The translations under genes were made by a program, and so were the position numbers. A DNA stretch of 64,000 nucleotides, taken from Escherichia coli. Lineage in GTDB: Bacteria; Pseudomonadota; Gammaproteobacteria; Enterobacterales; Enterobacteriaceae. The stretch lies in assembly GCF_044647545.1 (NCBI RefSeq), contig NZ_CP172818.1; one strand, written 5' to 3'. Below the pieces are notes generated by a model, which was not told where the DNA came from, did no database searches, and saw only the letters and a list, made by a program, of their open reading frames with translations. Positions 58,712 through 64,000 of the stretch are shown one piece after another (the stretch's first letter is position 1; each line of letters begins with the position of its first letter).

Positions 58712-59634
58712 ACTTTCTCTACCTCCGGGCGACCCAGAATACCGGTCGGCATCACCAGCAACACCAGAATCAGCAGGGCGAATGAGACCACATCTTTATA
58801 TTCCGTACTCAGATAGGCAGAAGAGAGCGCCTCCGCAATCCCCAGGATCAGCCCGCCAATCATCGCCCCCGGAATGCTGCCAATCCCACCGAGCACCGCA
58901 GCGGTAAAGGCTTTCATCCCGGCCATAAAGCCGATGTAGGGGTTAATTACGCCGTAGAACTGACCGAGCAGCACACCCGCCACCGCCGCCATCGCCGCGC
59001 CAATCACAAAGGTCAGCGCAATCACCCGATCGGTGTTGATGCCAAGCAGGCTCGCCATTTTCAGATCTTCCGCGCAGGCACGACAGGCGCGCCCCATGCG
59101 GGAATAGCGAATGAAAATCGTCAGCGCCAGCATGGCGAGGAAAGTAACAATCCAGATCACCGCCTGCATGGTGGTAATAGAGGCAGAGAAGTTTTCGCTA
59201 TGCCCCACCACCCACTGACCGTTAAACAGACTGGGCAGCGCCACGTCGCGCGAACCTTCGGTCAGGCTGACATAGTTTTGCAGGAAGATGGACATACCGA
59301 TTGCAGAAATGAGGGCAATCAGGCGCTTGGAGTTGCGCACCGGGCGATAGGCCACCCGTTCGATACTCCAACCGTAGGCGCTGGCAATGACGATTGCGCC
59401 AACGAATCCCGCCGCCACCAGCAGCCAGCCGGTATCAATTCCCAGCATCATCAGTGCAGCGATGATCATAAAGGAGACGTAGCTGCCGATCATATAAACC
59501 TCACCGTGGGCGAAGTTGATCATGCCGATAATGCCGTAAACCATGGTGTAGCCGATGGCTATCAGCGCGTAGGTACTGCCCAGCGTGACGCCGTTAAACA
59601 TCTGCTGCAAGAAATACAAAAACTGCTCAGACAT
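58708..59634 (-). CDS. livH: branched-chain amino acid ABC transporter permease LivH
   Basis: 308-aa [51 protein letters not shown].... Confidence 0.95.
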   Translation of the reverse strand: MSEQFLYFLQQMFNGVTLGSTYALIAIGYTMVYGIIGMINFAHGEVYMIGSYVSFMIIAALMMLGIDTGWLLVAAGFVGAIVIASAYGWSIERVAYRPVRNSKRLIALISAIGMSIFLQNYVSLTEGSRDVALPSLFNGQWVVGHSENFSASITTMQAVIWIVTFLAMLALTIFIRYSRMGRACRACAEDLKMASLLGINTDRVIALTFVIGAAMAAVAGVLLGQFYGVINPYIGFMAGMKAFTAAVLGGIGSIPGAMIGGLILGIAEALSSAYLSTEYKDVVSFALLILVLLVMPTGILGRPEVEKV

Positions 59635-59681
59635 AAGGTAACCTTTCTAAACCCGCCCGTTTTTCACGGGCAGTGGGATGA

Positions 59682-60791
59682 TCACTTGGCTGCCGTGGAT
59701 GAACCGTCGGCGTGCCACTGGAAGACACCAAAATCAAATCCCTTAAGATCGCCTTTTTCATCCCAGTTCAGCGGCCCAATTACGGTGTTTGCACCGTTAG
59801 CTTTTAAATCTTTCACCAGCGCCAGCGGCTCATCGCTGCCGGTACGCTCAAGTGCAGTCGCCAGAGATTGCACCGCCGCGTAAGTGATCCAGACATATGG
59901 CCCGGACGGATCTTTCTTGTCTGCTTTCAGCGCATCAACGATGTCCTGATTTGCCGGATCCTGGTCATAGCGTTTTGGCATAGTGACCAACATGCCTTCG
60001 GCAGCATCGCCAGCAATATTCGACAACGACGCATTACCCACACCTTCCGGCCCCATAAACTGGGTTTTCAGGCCAACGGAACGGGCCTGGCGCAGCATCT
60101 GCCCCATTTCCGGGTAGTAACCGCCGTAGTAAACGAAGTCGATGTTTTCTTTTTTCAGGCGGGCGATCAGCGCGGAGAAATCTTTCTCTCCAGCGGTAAT
60201 GCCGTCGAAGAAGACGACGTTGGCGTTAGCCGCTTTCAGCCCGTCCTGCACCGAACGTGCCAGTCCTTCGCCATACTGTTGTTTGTCGTGAATGATGGCG
60301 ATGCGCTGGGGCTTCACCGTCTCAAGAATGTATTTTGCCGCCGTTGGCCCCTGGGAAGAGTCCAGCCCGGCAGTACGCATGATGTATTGATAACCGCGTT
60401 GGGTCAGCTCCGGATTGGTCGCTCCCGGCGAGATCATCAGAATACCTTCGTCTTCATAGATATCTGATGCAGGTTGGGTAGAGGAGGAACACAGATGACC
60501 AATAACATATTTAATGCCGTCGTTAACGATTTTGTTGGCGACCGCAACGGCTTGTTTCGGGTCGCAGGCGTCGTCATATTCCACGCCAACCAGTTTATCA
60601 CCCTTAATTCCCCCTTTGGCATTAATGTCTTTAATTGCCTGACGCGCGCCGTTAAATTCCATATCGCCCCACTGGGCAATCGGGCCGGACATCGCGCCGA
60701 CAACGGCGACTTTAATATCGTCAGCCATAGCGGTGTGTGAAATTGTCAGTGCAATCATCCCTGCGATGATAGTTTTCGCATTCCGTTTCAT
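59682..60791 (-). CDS. livK: leucine-specific periplasmic binding protein
   Basis: [43 protein letters not shown]...; start trimmed to MKRNAK; paralogous to livJ. Confidence 0.93.
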   Translation of the reverse strand: MKRNAKTIIAGMIALTISHTAMADDIKVAVVGAMSGPIAQWGDMEFNGARQAIKDINAKGGIKGDKLVGVEYDDACDPKQAVAVANKIVNDGIKYVIGHLCSSSTQPASDIYEDEGILMISPGATNPELTQRGYQYIMRTAGLDSSQGPTAAKYILETVKPQRIAIIHDKQQYGEGLARSVQDGLKAANANVVFFDGITAGEKDFSALIARLKKENIDFVYYGGYYPEMGQMLRQARSVGLKTQFMGPEGVGNASLSNIAGDAAEGMLVTMPKRYDQDPANQDIVDALKADKKDPSGPYVWITYAAVQSLATALERTGSDEPLALVKDLKANGANTVIGPLNWDEKGDLKGFDFGVFQWHADGSSTAAK

Positions 60792-61214
60792 AGTCAAAAA
60801 TCCCCATTCGTGATGTTGTGTTGCTTTGTTTTTATGTGTTAACAAATCAGACTGTTCTTTTTTTATACTGCACTGTTTTTACCTGTCTGATTAAGGGTTT
60901 AGCGCAGTATTTTGTGATGATAGCGATTAAAATCCCTATTTTTCAGTCGATTAATAACAGATAATATTCTGAATTTATTGATAGATAAACAGAAAAAAGC
61001 GCCGTTGTCAGCATAAAATAACGGTACAAAGGGCAGAATAATTCACTACCATTTAGGGGATTATGCTGGATATTTTTCATTCTCTAATGTTTTAACTTTG
61101 TAATTATTGCTGAAAAAAAATTAATCACCTGCCAAAAGAAATAAAAAAGAGAAAGCCTCCGATTAAATTATTTCGCTACACTGGTTCCACTTTTGTGATT
61201 TACACGGGTTCCCC

Positions 61215-61598
61215 ATGAAGCTGACCATCATTCGATTAGAAAACTTTAGCGACCAGGACCGGATTGACCTGCAAAAGATCTGGCCGGAATATTCCCCTTC
61301 CTCTTTACAGGTTGACGATAACCACCGCATCTACGCCGCGCGTTTTAACGAGCGCCTGCTCGCGGCCGTGCGGGTAACCTTAAGCGGCACTGAGGGGGCA
61401 CTGGATTCCCTGCGCGTGCGGGAAGTCACCCGCCGTCGCGGTGTGGGGCAATATCTGCTGGAAGAGGTTTTGCGTACCAATCCTGGCGTTTCATGTTGGT
61501 GGATGGCGGATGCTGGCGTGGAAGATCGCGGCGTGATGACGGCGTTTATGCGAGCACTGGGATTTACGGCACAACAGGGTGGCTGGGAGAAGCGTTAA
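61215..61598 (+). CDS. panM: PanD maturation factor PanM/PanZ (GNAT fold)
   Basis: 127-aa ORF MKLTIIRLENFSDQDRIDLQKIWPEYSPSSLQVDDNHRIYAARFNERLLAAVRV...; yhhK position between livK and livJ. Confidence 0.9.
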   Translation: MKLTIIRLENFSDQDRIDLQKIWPEYSPSSLQVDDNHRIYAARFNERLLAAVRVTLSGTEGALDSLRVREVTRRRGVGQYLLEEVLRTNPGVSCWWMADAGVEDRGVMTAFMRALGFTAQQGGWEKR

Positions 61599-61627
61599 TC
61601 GTCAAGTTTGATTTCACAAGTGATATT

Positions 61628-61726
<99 letters not shown>

Positions 61727-61785
61727 ATGAAGCAACGTACTCGATATTAGCAATTTGGCGGCAACCCAAAGTTGCCGATTAATGA

Positions 61786-62889
61786 TTACTTCGCATCGGT
61801 CGCCGTGCCGTTGGCGTGCCAGTCAAATACGCCGAACTCAAAGCCTTTCAGATCGCCTTTCTCATCCCAGCTAAGCGGCCCCATCACCGTATCAACCGAG
61901 TTCGCTTTCAGGTATTTAGCGATCTCCGCCGGATCGTCAGACTGATTCAGCCCCGCTTGCAAAGATTGCAGCGCGGCGTAGGTGGTCCAGACGAACGCGC
62001 CGCTTGGGTCCTGTTTTTTCGCTTTGATCGCGTCAACAATCGGTTTGTTCGCCGGAACCTGATCGTAGTTCTTCGGCTTGGTCACCAGCAGCCCTTCCGC
62101 TGATTCGCCTGCAATGTTAGACAGCGAGACGTTAGCCACGCCTTCCGGCCCCATAAACTGAGTTTTCAACCCTGCCGCGCGTGCCTGACGCAGGATTTGC
62201 CCCATTTCCGGGTGATAACCACCGTAGTAAACGAAGTCGATATTCTCTTTCTTCAAACGCGCCACCAGGGTAGAGAAATCTTTTTCCCCAGCGGTGATAC
62301 CATCAAAGAACACCACGTTAGCATTGCCTTTCTTCAGGCCGTCCTGCACCGCACGCGCCAGACCTTCGCCGTACTGCTGTTTGTCGTGGACGATAGCAAT
62401 ACGCTGCGGTTTCACTTTCTCAAGAATATATTTCGCCGCCGTCGGCCCCTGGTCGGAGTCCAGGCCGGTAGTGCGCAGGATCAGCTGATAGCCACGGGCG
62501 GTCAGCTCTGGCGCGGTTGCCGCTGGGGTGATCATTAAAATGCCTTCATCTTCATAGATGTCTGACGCTGGCTGCGTTGATGAAGAACAGAGGTGACCAA
62601 TCACATATTTAATGCCGTCGTTAACGACTTTGTTCGCCACCGCAACCGCCTGTTTCGGGTCACAGGCATCGTCATATTTCACGATTTGCAGTTTGTTGCC
62701 TTTGATACCACCTTTAGCATTGATATCCGCAACCGCCTGCTCAGCACCAGTAAACTCCTGGTCACCGTACTGCGCCACCGGACCGGACATTGCGCCTACG
62801 ACGGCGACTTTAATATCTTCTGCCAGAGCCATATTGCTGAATGCCAGCGCGATACATCCTGCCAGTAACGCTTTACCCTTTATGTTCAT
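61786..62889 (-). CDS. livJ: Leu/Ile/Val periplasmic binding protein
   Basis: [46 protein letters not shown]...; start trimmed to MNIKGK. Confidence 0.93.
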   Translation of the reverse strand: MNIKGKALLAGCIALAFSNMALAEDIKVAVVGAMSGPVAQYGDQEFTGAEQAVADINAKGGIKGNKLQIVKYDDACDPKQAVAVANKVVNDGIKYVIGHLCSSSTQPASDIYEDEGILMITPAATAPELTARGYQLILRTTGLDSDQGPTAAKYILEKVKPQRIAIVHDKQQYGEGLARAVQDGLKKGNANVVFFDGITAGEKDFSTLVARLKKENIDFVYYGGYHPEMGQILRQARAAGLKTQFMGPEGVANVSLSNIAGESAEGLLVTKPKNYDQVPANKPIVDAIKAKKQDPSGAFVWTTYAALQSLQAGLNQSDDPAEIAKYLKANSVDTVMGPLSWDEKGDLKGFEFGVFDWHANGTATDAK

Positions 62890-63160
62890 CCTGAGAATCC
62901 CCACTCTTCTGGTTATTACGTGTGTTGTGATGTTGTTGTGCAGCACTTTATTTCGTTTTATACGTAGCTACCCGTGCTTTAGCAGCATACTCTGCTAAAA
63001 CATACCCCATTTTTATGATATTGGAATAGCTATTTTGACAGTTTATTAACAATCTGCGTGGGGATTGGCGTTTTGCCGGAGGGGGAAACTGATTATTGTA
63101 GAGGCCCAAAAAACAAAAACCCCGGACTCTCATCCAGGGTTCTCTGCTTAATAGCGGAAA

Positions 63161-64000
63161 TTACGCTTCAATGGCAGCGCGAAGTTTTTTCATCGCGTTC
63201 TTTTCCAGCTGACGCACACGCTCAGCGGAAACGCCGTAACGGTCAGCCAGCTCCTGCAACGTGGACTTGTTGTCTTCGTCCAGCCAGCGCGCGCGGATGA
63301 TATCCTGACTACGCTCGTCCAGACCTTGCATCGCGTCGGTCAGACGGTTTGCCGCCTGCTCTTCCCAGTTATCATCTTCGATGCCGTCGGCAAAGTTAGA
63401 TGATTTATCCTGCAGATAGAGCACCGGAGCCATCGGCTGGCTGTCGGAATCGTCGTCGGAAGACAGGTCAAAGGTCATGTCCTGTGCCGCCATACGCGAT
63501 TCCATCTCACGTACGTCTTTGCTGGTTACGCCCAGTTCACGGGCCACCATTTCGACTTCATCCTGGTTAAACCAGCCCAGACGCTGCTTAGTTTTACGCA
63601 GGTTGAAGAACAGTTTGCGTTGCGCTTTGGTGGTCGCAACTTTGACGATACGCCAGTTACGCAGGACGTATTCGTGGATCTCTGCTTTGATCCAGTGAAC
63701 GGCGAAGGAGACCAGGCGCACACCCACTTCCGGGTTAAAACGGCGCACTGCTTTCATCAGGCCGATGTTACCTTCCTGAATCAAATCCGCCTGTGGCAGG
63801 CCATAGCCCGCATAATTACGAGCAATATGAACAACAAACCGCAGGTGAGACAGGATCAGCGTTTTAGCTGCTTCCAGATCGCCATGGTAATGCAGCTTTT
63901 CAGCCAGCGCCCGCTCCTCGTCAGCCGACAACATCGGCCACGCGTTAGCTGCCCGGATGTAGGAATCCAGGTTGCCAACTGGGGCTAAAGCTAAACTTTG
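63161..64000 (-). CDS. rpoH: RNA polymerase heat-shock sigma factor sigma-32, 5' end beyond window
   Basis: C-terminal 257+ aa ...[69 protein letters not shown]...; frame remains open to the window edge. Confidence 0.93.
   Translation of the reverse strand, partial: QSLALAPVGNLDSYIRAANAWPMLSADEERALAEKLHYHGDLEAAKTLILSHLRFVVHIARNYAGYGLPQADLIQEGNIGLMKAVRRFNPEVGVRLVSFAVHWIKAEIHEYVLRNWRIVKVATTKAQRKLFFNLRKTKQRLGWFNQDEVEMVARELGVTSKDVREMESRMAAQDMTFDLSSDDDSDSQPMAPVLYLQDKSSNFADGIEDDNWEEQAANRLTDAMQGLDERSQDIIRARWLDEDNKSTLQELADRYGVSAERVRQLEKNAMKKLRAAIEA

Overview
This window is a near-collinear copy of a well-characterised Escherichia coli (K-12-like) core chromosomal segment, running from the 3' end of pck to a partial rpoH. 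I find no support for a novel biological system. Gene order is envZ-ompR, greB, tex (yhgF), feoABC, rpnA (yhgA), bioH, gntX-nfuA, gntT, malQ-malP with divergent malT, rtcBA with divergent rtcR, glpEGR with divergent glpD, yzgL, glgBXCAP, asd, yhgN, gntRKU, yhhW, yhhX, the sRNA ryhB, yhhY, ggt, yhhA, ugpBAECQ, livKHMGF, panM, livJ, rpoH. Identities rest on my recognition of the translated ORFs and their conserved synteny; no database search was run. Several longest-ORF starts in the supplied track over-extend, and I trimmed them to the start that matches the known protein N-terminus. The content is housekeeping and metabolic: no CRISPR array, no IS element with terminal inverted repeats, no prophage or defence island. 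The only sequence the canonical map does not explain is three compositionally aberrant blocks: a homopolymer-rich insertion between pck and envZ (about 120-760), a poly-A block between yhgN and gntU (about 41875-42000), and an ~80% GC block that overwrites the last ~14 codons of yhhY (47925-48305). All three sit at convergent gene junctions and look like artefactual, synthetic or degraded sequence rather than genes. They are the main items needing verification.
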